10,435 nt of DNA from Spirochaetales bacterium (GCA_037142615.1 JBAXAI010000059.1:1-10435); one strand, 5' to 3'; positions 1 to 7,767 are shown, counted from the first letter of the stretch. Translations and numbers: made by a program. Notes: generated by a model from the sequence alone, not told the origin.

Positions 1-282
1 GAGTTTCTGTCTTTCCTGCGAGAAGTCGACAAGAACCTTCCCGGTGACTTGGCGGACATCGGCGGCTGCTTTGGGATCGAAGACAGGATCTTCGCCAAGC
101 ACCCTCAGGACTGCAAGCGTGCGGCGGAGCTACTTGCTAAAGCGATTCAGGTTGAAGTCGGCTTTGGAACCTACAAGAATGAGATACGAAAGTGGCTATT
201 GGACAAGAAGTGCAACCCGGCCCACGTTGAAGAACAGATGGCTAGGGTCGCAGACCTTTCGTCATACTTCTGCGAAGACTAG
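1..282 (+). CDS. 3' part of a hypothetical protein, 5'-truncated by the window edge
   Basis: The frame of ORF 49..282 is open from base 1 (EFLSFLREVDKNLPGDLADIGGCFG...SSYFCED*). It is followed by a hairpin and a terminator. No family recognised. Confidence 0.6.
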   Translation, partial: EFLSFLREVDKNLPGDLADIGGCFGIEDRIFAKHPQDCKRAAELLAKAIQVEVGFGTYKNEIRKWLLDKKCNPAHVEEQMARVADLSSYFCED

Positions 283-293
283 CCCCCGGGCGT

Positions 294-325
294 TGCGGGG
301 CGATTCGCAAAGACCGCGCCCCGCA
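294..325. repeat. GC-rich inverted repeat (REP-like hairpin)
   Basis: TGCGGGGCG (294-302) pairs with CGCCCCGCA (317-325) around a 14-nt loop. Confidence 0.5.
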
Positions 326-339
326 GGGTGGGTAGCGAA

Positions 340-373
340 ATAAAAAAGCCGGCGTCATTGCCGGCTTTTTTAT
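340..373. terminator. Bidirectional intrinsic terminator between convergent genes
   Basis: ATAAAAAAGCCGGC-GTCATT-GCCGGCTTTTTTAT: GC stem with a U tract on both strands. A second hairpin AGGGAGG-TCCC-CCTCCCT lies at 380-397. Confidence 0.9.
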
Positions 374-402
374 GCAGCGAGGGAGGTCCCCCTCCCTTCT
401 GA

Positions 403-450
403 CTAGCGCTTCTTGATCGAGCTAAAGGCATCCCGGCCCGCGAACTCAGC
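403..450 (-). repeat. Displaced, synonymously diverged duplicate of the enolase 3' end
   Basis: The minus strand reads GCT GAG TTC GCG GGC CGG GAT GCC TTT AGC TCG ATC AAG AAG CGC TAG = [15 protein letters not shown], the same peptide as 511-558. 36/48 nt are identical. Confidence 0.92.
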
Positions 451-510
451 CTGTCCCTGGCGACGGGAGGCTCGCGCCCCCCTTACGCCCTAGGTACCGC
501 GAGTTCTCCC

Positions 511-1812
511 TTACCTCTTCTTGATCGAGCTGAAAGCGTCGCGACCTGCAAATTCCGCGGTACCCTCAAGTTCTTCCTCAATCCGGATCAGCTGGTTGTA
601 CTTGGCGACGCGGTCGGTGCGGCTCATGGAACCGGTCTTGATCTGGCCCATGCCCCAGGCCACGGCGAGGTCGGCGATGGTGGCGTCTTCGGTTTCGCCC
701 GAGCGGTGGCTGATGATGGTGGTGTAGCCGGCGCGCTGGGCCATCGAAACGGCTTCGTAGGTTTCGGTCAGGGTACCGATCTGGTTGACCTTCACGAGGA
801 TGGAGTTACAGGCTCCCTTCTCGATGCCGGTGGCCAGGCGCTTGGGGTTGGTGACGAAGAAGTCGTCGCCCACGATCTGGATCTTGTGACCCAGGGCCTT
901 GGTCATCTTCACGTAGCCTTCCCAGTCGTTCTGGTCGAGCGGGTCTTCGATGCTGATGATGGGGTACTTGTCAACCCAGCTGGAGTACAGGGCGATCATC
1001 TCGTCGGCGCTGAAAATCTTGTCGGGGTTGCTCTTCCAGAACTTGTAGCCCTTGCGGCCACCTTCGTCGAACAGCTCGCTGCTGGCGCAGTCGAGGGCGA
1101 TGCCGAAGTCTTTGCCGGGCTTGTAGCCGGCGGCTTCGATGGCCTTGACGCAGAACTCGAGGGCCTGTTCGTTGTCGATGTTGGGGGCAAAGCCGCCTTC
1201 GTCACCGACGTTGGTGTTGTGGCCGGCTTTTTTGAGCAGTCCCTTGAGGGTGTGGAACACTTCGCTCACCATGCGCACGGCTTCCTTGAGGCTTTCGGCG
1301 CCGTAGGGAACCACCATGAACTCTTGCAGGTCGACCTTGTTGTCGGCGTGCTTGCCACCGTTGATGATGTTGGCCATGGGGACGGGGAGGAGGGTGGTCT
1401 TCATGCCGCCGAGGTACTTGTACAGCGGGATTTGCAGGTGGTCGGCAGCGGCCTTGGCCACGGCCATCGACACGCCCAAGATGGCGTTGGCGCCGAGTTT
1501 GCCCTTGTTTTCGGTGCCGTCGAGCTCGATCATGGTGCGGTCGAGCGACACCTGGTCGAGCGCGTCCATGCCCACAATTTCGTCGGCGATCAGGGTGTTC
1601 ACGTTTTCGACGGCCTTGAGCACGCCCTTGCCCTGGAAGCGGGTCTTGTCGCCATCGCGCAGTTCGACGGCTTCGTGTTCGCCGGTGCTCGCTCCGGAGG
1701 GAACGGCGGCGCGGCCGAAGGATCCGTCTTCGAGGTAGACGTCGACTTCAATGGTGGGGTTTCCCCGGGAATCGATGATTTCGCGGGCAAAGACCTGTTC
1801 GATAATGCTCAT
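511..1812 (-). CDS. eno: Enolase (phosphopyruvate hydratase)
   Basis: Motifs [47 protein letters not shown] and [21 protein letters not shown] upstream. Confidence 0.99.
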   Translation of the reverse strand: MSIIEQVFAREIIDSRGNPTIEVDVYLEDGSFGRAAVPSGASTGEHEAVELRDGDKTRFQGKGVLKAVENVNTLIADEIVGMDALDQVSLDRTMIELDGTENKGKLGANAILGVSMAVAKAAADHLQIPLYKYLGGMKTTLLPVPMANIINGGKHADNKVDLQEFMVVPYGAESLKEAVRMVSEVFHTLKGLLKKAGHNTNVGDEGGFAPNIDNEQALEFCVKAIEAAGYKPGKDFGIALDCASSELFDEGGRKGYKFWKSNPDKIFSADEMIALYSSWVDKYPIISIEDPLDQNDWEGYVKMTKALGHKIQIVGDDFFVTNPKRLATGIEKGACNSILVKVNQIGTLTETYEAVSMAQRAGYTTIISHRSGETEDATIADLAVAWGMGQIKTGSMSRTDRVAKYNQLIRIEEELEGTAEFAGRDAFSSIKKR

Positions 1813-1846
1813 AAAGGCTCCTTGTTCATGGACTTTAACTTAACCC

Positions 1847-1875
1847 ATTTTGGCAGAAGCCGGGCTTCGGGTCAA
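1847..1875 (-). promoter_or_regulatory. Putative sigma70 promoter of eno
   Basis: Minus strand TTGACC-17 bp-CAAAAT with an extended -10 TG. The spacer contains the inverted repeat GAAGCC-G-GGCTTC (1856-1868). Confidence 0.55.
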
Positions 1876-1889
1876 GGTTGACGGCAGGT

Positions 1890-2687
1890 TCAGGGCGCCG
1901 GGTTGCGGAAGCGGTTCACCGTCTTCTTGACAAACCCCTCGGCCAGCAGTTGATGGTTGATTGCGTCGAACTCCGCCTTGCGGGGCAACAAAGGGGATTG
2001 GCGGCTCAGTGCCATGTACACCGCAACAGGATTGTCGTACTGCAAGCCCGTTTTTTCGACCTTGCCGCTATAGCCTTCCTCGGTCAGGCGGTAGTTCTCG
2101 GTGTCGATGTACCCCGCCATGAGGTCGAGGCGGCGGGAAGCCAACATGGGCATCAGTTGGTCTTGCGAGGCAAACTCCACCTTGGACAGAGCTTTGTCGT
2201 TGTCGAAACGCTCAAAGTAGGAGGCCCCGCGCAGCACACCGATACTCTTCACCTTGCCCAGGTCCTCGTACTTGCCTACTTGGATACCGCTCCCCTTCCA
2301 AGTGTAAAACGCAATGGGGAGGGTAGTCAGAAACGGCTCGGCGAAGTAATCCATGTACTGCTCACGCTCGGGAGTTTTGAACGCGCTGCTCAGCAGATCG
2401 GCTTTTCCCGTGGCCATGAGGTTCAGCGCTCGGGCCCAAGGCGCGCGGACGATGGCCACCTTGAGGTTCATGCGCCTGGCGATTTCTTTGACCAGCGTGA
2501 CATCGATGCCGGTGAGCTCGTCCTGCTCGGAGTCGGCCCCTATCATGAACGGCGGCGCGGGGAAGACCACGTAGCGGAGCGTGGTCGCGGCGACAGGGGG
2601 GGTCTGTCCCCCGAGGGGGGCAAGGCCGCCAAGAAAGCCCTGTACCAGCAAGGCCAGCAAAACAACCCGCAGTGACGTGCGTTCCAT
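1890..2687 (-). CDS. Periplasmic substrate-binding protein, amino-acid ABC family 3-like
   Basis: Hydrophobic signal peptide, then PPF..GID..LVKEIARRMNL, PWARAL..M..GKADL and IGVLRGASY. ATG 2687 is preferred over GTG 2744 because a promoter-like TTGCGA-17-TACTCT (2729-2701) lies between them. Confidence 0.85.
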   Translation of the reverse strand: MERTSLRVVLLALLVQGFLGGLAPLGGQTPPVAATTLRYVVFPAPPFMIGADSEQDELTGIDVTLVKEIARRMNLKVAIVRAPWARALNLMATGKADLLSSAFKTPEREQYMDYFAEPFLTTLPIAFYTWKGSGIQVGKYEDLGKVKSIGVLRGASYFERFDNDKALSKVEFASQDQLMPMLASRRLDLMAGYIDTENYRLTEEGYSGKVEKTGLQYDNPVAVYMALSRQSPLLPRKAEFDAINHQLLAEGFVKKTVNRFRNPAP

Positions 2688-2761
2688 GTTCGTTGACTCA
2701 AGAGTAGGCCCCGCCGTGGCGCTTCGCAACCTTTGTTCGCGCACTGACCGAAAATCTTTGG

Positions 2762-2790
2762 TTGATCGCCTGAGAAAACCGGTTTAGACT
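2762..2790 (+). promoter_or_regulatory. Putative sigma70 promoter, probably giving a leaderless mRNA
   Basis: TTGATC-17 bp-TAGACT, then 6 nt, then ATG 2797. No Shine-Dalgarno sequence. Confidence 0.55.
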
Positions 2791-2796
2791 GGGCGA

Positions 2797-3693
2797 ATGT
2801 CGCCCAAGCCCACGCTGTCTTCGGCCCTGATCGACCAAGTTCTCTTTGCCATGGAAGACCAGGAGAATCACAGCGTGTTCCATCTGGACTCCTTCTCGGT
2901 CGTGTTGCTCGAGGATGAGAACCTGGTCGCCGAGGAGCGGGTTCTGCCGCTGCCTTCGTGGACGAGTTCCGACGGCTTTCGCATGATGCGCGACTTTACC
3001 GGGAGCTTGCACCACCCTTCCATCGAGGCAGAACTGAATGCCGTACTCGACTCGGGGCAGGGTGTCTTCCGCCGGTTCAAGCAAATCCTGAAACCGCGTG
3101 ACTTTTTGTACCGCCAGTGGTTGCGCTTCAAGCGGCGTTTCATGGAAGACGTTGTGTTGGAGTGGCTCGATGCCCACCCCGACGAGTTTGGTCCCGACGG
3201 ACGAAACCGGGCGAGGGCGCTCGAGCCCTCCTCGTTGTTGGCCACCGATTTTACAACCCACCCCGGTGATTCGGCCGATCTGAATCATCTTGAAGTCTGG
3301 GACCAGGAGGCCAGTCGCGAAGCCTCGGTGGAGCTGTTCGGGGCGCAGGCTTCGGAGCGCTACATCGGGTTCCTGCGGCGGGGCCGAGGCTGGAAGGACG
3401 GCGACCGGTACTGGGTCGCTGTCAACCCCGAAGGCGAATGGGCCGGGGTGGTGTGGGTACGTCCCTGGATCCCCGAGGGCCAAGCCCGTGTTCTCGAGAT
3501 TCTGCTGTGGTTTGTCGACCCGGTCTACCGCGGGCTGGGGCTCGGGGCGCTGTTGCTCCAAGAGGCCGTTTGTGCCGCCGAGGTGGGCCAGCCGGTCTTC
3601 TTGTCGTCACCCCAGGGCGGTCAGCGCATGGACAGTGTGCTGACCCGGGCGGGGTTTACCTCCCATGGCAAACTCTGGTCTCTTATTCCTTAG
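2797..3693 (+). CDS. UPF0158-family domain fused to a C-terminal GNAT acetyltransferase-like domain
   Basis: The N-terminal LPSWTSSDGFRMMRDF...GQGVFRRFKQIL...WLRFK resembles UPF0158. The C-terminal VDPVYRGLGLGALLL is an acetyl-CoA-binding motif A, followed by ...RAGF. Confidence 0.75.
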   Translation: MSPKPTLSSALIDQVLFAMEDQENHSVFHLDSFSVVLLEDENLVAEERVLPLPSWTSSDGFRMMRDFTGSLHHPSIEAELNAVLDSGQGVFRRFKQILKPRDFLYRQWLRFKRRFMEDVVLEWLDAHPDEFGPDGRNRARALEPSSLLATDFTTHPGDSADLNHLEVWDQEASREASVELFGAQASERYIGFLRRGRGWKDGDRYWVAVNPEGEWAGVVWVRPWIPEGQARVLEILLWFVDPVYRGLGLGALLLQEAVCAAEVGQPVFLSSPQGGQRMDSVLTRAGFTSHGKLWSLIP

Positions 3694-4579
3694 GCAACAA
3701 CGACTGGCGGATGGGCTCGTGGACTTCGTGCAGGCGGTCGAGCTCGGCCATCACGCGGTCCACGGTGAACTGCTTGGGGTCCTGGTCGGGCGGGCAAGCT
3801 TCTTGCGCCTGCTTGCGGAACTCATTGCAGTCAAGCACCGGACTGGCTCCGTAAAGGATGACGTCACGGCGGGCCATGTCGTCGGTCATTTCGGCACTGG
3901 CGTCGCTGCTGATGGTGAGCGTGTTGCCGTTGATGCTCAGCATCACCATGCTGTCGAAGCTCTTGATGTAGCTGTCGATCTCGCGCACACCCTTCTTGGT
4001 CTCGGGTTTGCCCGGCCGGTAACGCGTGCCCGACGGGAACACCAGCACGATTTTGCCGGTGGTTTTGGCCTTCGAAAGGGCCTTCATCGACGCGAGGTTG
4101 ATTTTCTGGGCCCGTTTGAGCTCGGCTTCTTTTTCGTCGCCGTCGGGCAGTGCCTCGATGGAGCGCGACGGGTAAATGATGATGCGGCTGAAGGCCTCGG
4201 CAAACGCCAGGACGACCGGGCTGGATTCGTTGAGCTTGAAGCCCGCGATGGCGACCAGAGACTCGGCGATCTGCTTGCCCTCGGCGTGGCCGCGCTCGAT
4301 GAGCGTGAACAGCGACGGCAGGTCGAAGTTGGAGTAGTGCTCGCATAGCAGAAGGCAGGCTTTGCCGGCCTGAGCCTGCCGGTAGAGCTCGACCACGTGC
4401 TCCATGCCCACGACCTGGGAACCCGGCAACAACAGGTCGTCGACGATCTCGTAAAAGAGATGGCGGTTGACGGTGTTGCCTTCCTGCCAGACGTTGGTTT
4501 CGTCGATCACGTGCTGCTTCTGGGAGTTCTGCATCATCTTTTGGATGATGGAGCCGTACTGCTTCGGGATAGAAATCAT
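3683..4579 (-). CDS. Glycerolipid (1-acyl-)glycerol-3-phosphate acyltransferase, PlsC/GPAT superfamily
   Basis: Catalytic HX4D (EHYSNFD) and FPSGTR motifs. Start 4579 is preferred over 4603 because of the promoter directly upstream. Confidence 0.85.
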   Translation of the reverse strand: MISIPKQYGSIIQKMMQNSQKQHVIDETNVWQEGNTVNRHLFYEIVDDLLLPGSQVVGMEHVVELYRQAQAGKACLLLCEHYSNFDLPSLFTLIERGHAEGKQIAESLVAIAGFKLNESSPVVLAFAEAFSRIIIYPSRSIEALPDGDEKEAELKRAQKINLASMKALSKAKTTGKIVLVFPSGTRYRPGKPETKKGVREIDSYIKSFDSMVMLSINGNTLTISSDASAEMTDDMARRDVILYGASPVLDCNEFRKQAQEACPPDQDPKQFTVDRVMAELDRLHEVHEPIRQSLLPKE

Positions 4580-4585
4580 AGCCTG

Positions 4586-4631
4586 AGTGTAGCCCGTCCT
4601 CATTGTCCTGTCGAGAAAAAAACGGTATCCT
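4586..4631. promoter_or_regulatory. Overlapping divergent sigma70-like promoters (acyltransferase / hom)
   Basis: Minus strand: TCGACA(4614-4609)-17-TACACT(4591-4586)-6 nt-ATG. Plus strand: TTGTCC(4603-4608)-17-TATCCT(4626-4631), then a GAGGT RBS before ATG 4651. Confidence 0.5.
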
Positions 4632-4650
4632 GCGGGCGTTGAGGTAACCC

Positions 4651-5922
4651 ATGACGACCATCGGACTGGCGGGCGCCGGCACCATCGGAAGCGGCTTGAT
4701 CGCGCTCATCGGCCGCTCCCCTGCCGCCAAAAAACTCAGAATCAAGACCCTGCTTGTGCGCGATGCCGCCCGCGTCCGCAACGGGCTCCCCGCCGGGGTT
4801 CAGGTGACAACCCGCCTGGAAGACCTCACCGACGACCCCGAAATCCAGATCGTCGTCGAGCTGATGGGCGGGGTCGACGCCCCCCTGCGCGTGGTTACCC
4901 GCGCGCTCGAGCACGGCAAGTCGGTGGTCAGCGCCAACAAGAATCTACTGGCCCAGCACGGACCCGCGCTCTTCGCCCTGGCCGCCAAACACCGCGTCAA
5001 CCTCGGGCTCGAGGCCAGCGTGTGCGGTGGAATCCCCGTGATCCGCCTGATCCAGGAAGCGCTGCGTGCCGACCATATCACGGCGCTGGAAGGAATTGTC
5101 AACGGCACCACGAACTACCTGCTCACCCGAATGAGCGAAGAGAAGACCAGCTACGCCGACGCCTTGGCCGAGGCCCAGCGCCTGGGTTTCGCCGAGCCGG
5201 ACCCCGACTACGACGTTTCGGGCAAAGACGCCGTGTGCAAGGCCGGCATTTTGGCGACGCTGGCCTTTGGCGGTTACGTCGATTTTCGCCGCATACCCAC
5301 TTCGGGCATCGAAAGCCTGCAGCTGGAAGACCTGCGCCAAGCCGAGCGCATGGGCTACACCATCAAGCTGGTGGCAACAGCCCGCAGGTCGTCGGGCAGC
5401 GACCGCCTCGACGCCTCGGTGGCCCCGGTGCTCTTGCCGCTCACGCACCCGCTGGCCAGCATCCGCCACGAGAACAACGCCGTGCTGATCGAGAGTGAAG
5501 GCTTGGGCATGACGCTGGCTTCGGGCAAGGGGGCCGGTCCCTCGCCGACCTCGGTGTCGCTGCTGGCCGACCTGCTCGACATCGCCGAGGGTCGCCAGCG
5601 CGTGCCCGACGACCGGCATCCGTTTGTGGGCAAGCCCTTCGAGATGGAGGTGCACGGCCAGACGCTGTCGCGCTACTACCTGCGCTTTTCGGTGCCCGAC
5701 CGCCCAGGCATTCTGGCGCAGGTGGCCGGCCGTTTTGCCGAGCAGGGGTTGAGCATCGCGTCGGTACTGCAGCCCGAAGCCCATTCCGCCGAAACCCCCG
5801 GGACCGTCGCCCTCATTCTGACCACCCATTCCAGCCTGCGGGCCCAACTCGACAACGTGCTCGAGGCGCTGTCGGGTGAGGGGTGGGGTACTCCGGTCGT
5901 GCTGCGCATCCAGGAGGACTAA
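4651..5922 (+). CDS. hom: Homoserine dehydrogenase with C-terminal ACT domain
   Basis: GAGTIGSG Rossmann motif, VVSANK, EASVCGGIPVI, GIVNGTTNY, LGFAEPDP..DVSGKDA..K, GKGAG and ACT motif DRPGILA. Confidence 0.96.
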   Translation: MTTIGLAGAGTIGSGLIALIGRSPAAKKLRIKTLLVRDAARVRNGLPAGVQVTTRLEDLTDDPEIQIVVELMGGVDAPLRVVTRALEHGKSVVSANKNLLAQHGPALFALAAKHRVNLGLEASVCGGIPVIRLIQEALRADHITALEGIVNGTTNYLLTRMSEEKTSYADALAEAQRLGFAEPDPDYDVSGKDAVCKAGILATLAFGGYVDFRRIPTSGIESLQLEDLRQAERMGYTIKLVATARRSSGSDRLDASVAPVLLPLTHPLASIRHENNAVLIESEGLGMTLASGKGAGPSPTSVSLLADLLDIAEGRQRVPDDRHPFVGKPFEMEVHGQTLSRYYLRFSVPDRPGILAQVAGRFAEQGLSIASVLQPEAHSAETPGTVALILTTHSSLRAQLDNVLEALSGEGWGTPVVLRIQED

Positions 5923-5924
5923 CT

Positions 5925-6650
5925 GTGACCGAAACCATCAGCAACTTTCACGGCATCGAAGAGACCCTGAAGGATCCTCCCCCGGGGGCGAACCTGTACG
6001 TGGGCAAAAAGAACCCTCGCATCACCGCACTGGTCGAACTGGCGCGGGCCAAGAAGGTTCCCGTCACCGAAGCGGGCGAGGCCGAGCTGGTGCGCCTTTC
6101 GAACGGCCGGGAACAGCGGGGCGCTCTGCTGGTGTTGCCCGAGGGCCGCAAACTGCGTGAGACTTCGCTGGAAGAGTTTCTGGACGGCTTCGAGGCCGAC
6201 CAAGCGCTGGTGGTGCTGCTCGATGGCGTCACCGACCCGCAGAACTACGGGGCCATCCTGCGCTCGGCCGACCAGTTCAGCGCCGAGTTGGTGCTGATTC
6301 CCGCCCGCCGCTCGGCCAGCGATACCCCGGCCGTGTTTGCCGCCAGCGCCGGTGCCGCCGCCTGGGTGCCCCACGCCGTGGTGACCAACCTCAACCGCGC
6401 CGTCAAGCAACTCAAGGACGCCGGCTTCTGGATCTACGGCGCCGACATGAACGGCACTTCGGCCGCCAAGACCAAACTCACCGGCAAGGTGGCGCTGGTG
6501 CTTGGCAGCGAAGGCAAGGGCATCAGCCGGCTCACGCGCGAGCTGTGCGACCAGATCGTGAGCATTCCCACCACCGGCCAGCTCGACAGCCTGAATGTGT
6601 CGGTGTCGGCAGGGATTCTGATGTACGAAGTGCGCCGCCAGCAGGGCTAG
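5925..6650 (+). CDS. rlmB: 23S rRNA (guanosine-2'-O)-methyltransferase RlmB / TrmH family
   Basis: SPOUT motifs LDGVTDPQNYGAILRSA, LVLGSEGKG and IP..G.LDSLNVSVSAGILMYE. GTG 5925 is preceded by AGGAGG (5912-5917). Confidence 0.9.
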   Translation: MTETISNFHGIEETLKDPPPGANLYVGKKNPRITALVELARAKKVPVTEAGEAELVRLSNGREQRGALLVLPEGRKLRETSLEEFLDGFEADQALVVLLDGVTDPQNYGAILRSADQFSAELVLIPARRSASDTPAVFAASAGAAAWVPHAVVTNLNRAVKQLKDAGFWIYGADMNGTSAAKTKLTGKVALVLGSEGKGISRLTRELCDQIVSIPTTGQLDSLNVSVSAGILMYEVRRQQG

Positions 6651-7516
6651 CGCCCGAGCACCGTCCACAAACCTACATGGTCGCTAACCCGGCCAAAGTC
6701 ATCTTCGGTGAACACCCGCTCGCATTGCACCACCTTCAGGCCGTCTTCGGGACGCGTGAACACGTAGTCGATGCGCTGGGCCTCGGCCGTACCTTCCCAC
6801 CCGTCGGTGTTCGGGCCGATGGTGGCGCCGGAGGTCCCCTCAGGGTGGGCCGTGAGCCACGCGTCGTCCCAACCTGTCCAGTCCTTGATAAAGCGGTAGC
6901 CTTCGCCCCCGGCCTGCTGGTTGAAGTCGCCGACAGTCAGCAGCGGGACGGGGACAGACCTCGGAACCGACGACAGAAACTCCGCTTGCCAGGTGACCAG
7001 GCGGTCCAGCGAGTCTTCGAACGGCTCTTCTTTGTCGCCCCACCAGCCCAAATGGGTCGAAAACACGGCCACGGGACCAAAGCCTGCGACTTCGACGAAC
7101 GCCCCGACGGGCTTGCGGCTCTTCCAGGCTCCTGGGCCCGTGGACTGGCTGACGTAGCGGGAATCGGCGTAGCGGAGGCGGTGGGGACTCAGGACGGCGC
7201 AACCTTCTTCCCAGCGGTCCCAGCCGTAATGGGCCCAGTCCCACACCCCGTGCGAGGCCTGGCCCCCGGCGCGCAACCGCTCGACCAGCCACAGGGCCGC
7301 GTTGCCCTCGCGGATCGACACCCCTGGCGTGACCCTCAGGCGTTCGGGCGCCCAGCGGTCCTGCGCGCACTCTTGCAGCGCGACAACATCGGGTTCGAGC
7401 TCCAGGAGCGCTTCGGCGATGATTCCCAGCTTTTCAAACGGCTGGTCCTCCTGAAAACAGTGCAAGTTGAGCGTGAGCACCGAGATTTCTCCGGAACCGG
7501 CCTTGTGGAACGCCAT
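6647..7516 (-). CDS. Endonuclease/exonuclease/phosphatase family protein, resembling maltose-6'-phosphate phosphatase MapP
   Basis: Motifs LTLNLH, DVVALQE, STHLGWW, GDFN, RIDYVF and VSDH. GGAGGGG RBS. Confidence 0.88.
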   Translation of the reverse strand: MAFHKAGSGEISVLTLNLHCFQEDQPFEKLGIIAEALLELEPDVVALQECAQDRWAPERLRVTPGVSIREGNAALWLVERLRAGGQASHGVWDWAHYGWDRWEEGCAVLSPHRLRYADSRYVSQSTGPGAWKSRKPVGAFVEVAGFGPVAVFSTHLGWWGDKEEPFEDSLDRLVTWQAEFLSSVPRSVPVPLLTVGDFNQQAGGEGYRFIKDWTGWDDAWLTAHPEGTSGATIGPNTDGWEGTAEAQRIDYVFTRPEDGLKVVQCERVFTEDDFGRVSDHVGLWTVLGR

Positions 7517-7536
7517 TGGTGTCCCCTCCCGTGCCT

Positions 7537-7565
7537 AGTGTACACCCGGGCGCGTTGGCTGTCAG
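7537..7565 (-). promoter_or_regulatory. Putative sigma70 promoter of the EEP gene
   Basis: Minus strand CTGACA-17 bp-TACACT. Confidence 0.55.
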
Positions 7566-7571
7566 CGAGGG

Positions 7572-7600
7572 TAGACGCCTTTGCGAACCCGCGTTATAAT
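7572..7600 (+). promoter_or_regulatory. Putative sigma70 promoter P1, upstream of the TCCC tract
   Basis: TAGACG-17 bp-TATAAT. Confidence 0.6.
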
Positions 7601-7641
7601 TGGCAAGATGCTTGAAATCGTTCAGCAATTATCGAATCCTT

Positions 7642-7667
7642 TCCCTCCCTCCCTCCCTCCCTCCCTC
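7642..7667. repeat. Tetranucleotide simple sequence repeat (TCCC)6TC
   Basis: Read directly from the sequence. The minus strand is (GGGA)6. Confidence 0.95.
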
Positions 7668-7710
7668 GTCCCGCAGAACGGATTAGTCATTTTAGAGTTT
7701 CCAGAGATAT

Positions 7711-7739
7711 TTGACATAGGCATTAATATGCCTTAGGGT
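7711..7739 (+). promoter_or_regulatory. Putative sigma70 promoter P2 of the lipoprotein gene with an operator-like palindrome
   Basis: TTGACA-17 bp-TAGGGT. AGGCAT-TAAT-ATGCCT (7718-7733) fills the spacer. AAGGAG RBS at 7756-7761. Confidence 0.65.
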
Positions 7740-7767
7740 TCCTTTAGGCGAAAGAAAGGAGTCCTCT

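Noticed and set aside
403-558. The enolase tail pair as a DGR TR/VR pair
   Set aside because: The differences are silent and include a C/G change (CGC/CGG). They are not confined to adenines of one copy.
706-1881. Long antisense or alternative-frame ORFs here and at 1878..2675, 2698..3561, 3665..4348, 3864..4781, 4945..5847, 5919..6668, 6545..7615 and 8246..8830
   Set aside because: Shadow ORFs of well-supported genes, expected in high-GC DNA, with no recognisable motifs.
6647-6650. Convergent rlmB/EEP stop codons sharing CTAG
   Set aside because: A common 4-bp overlap with no further signal.
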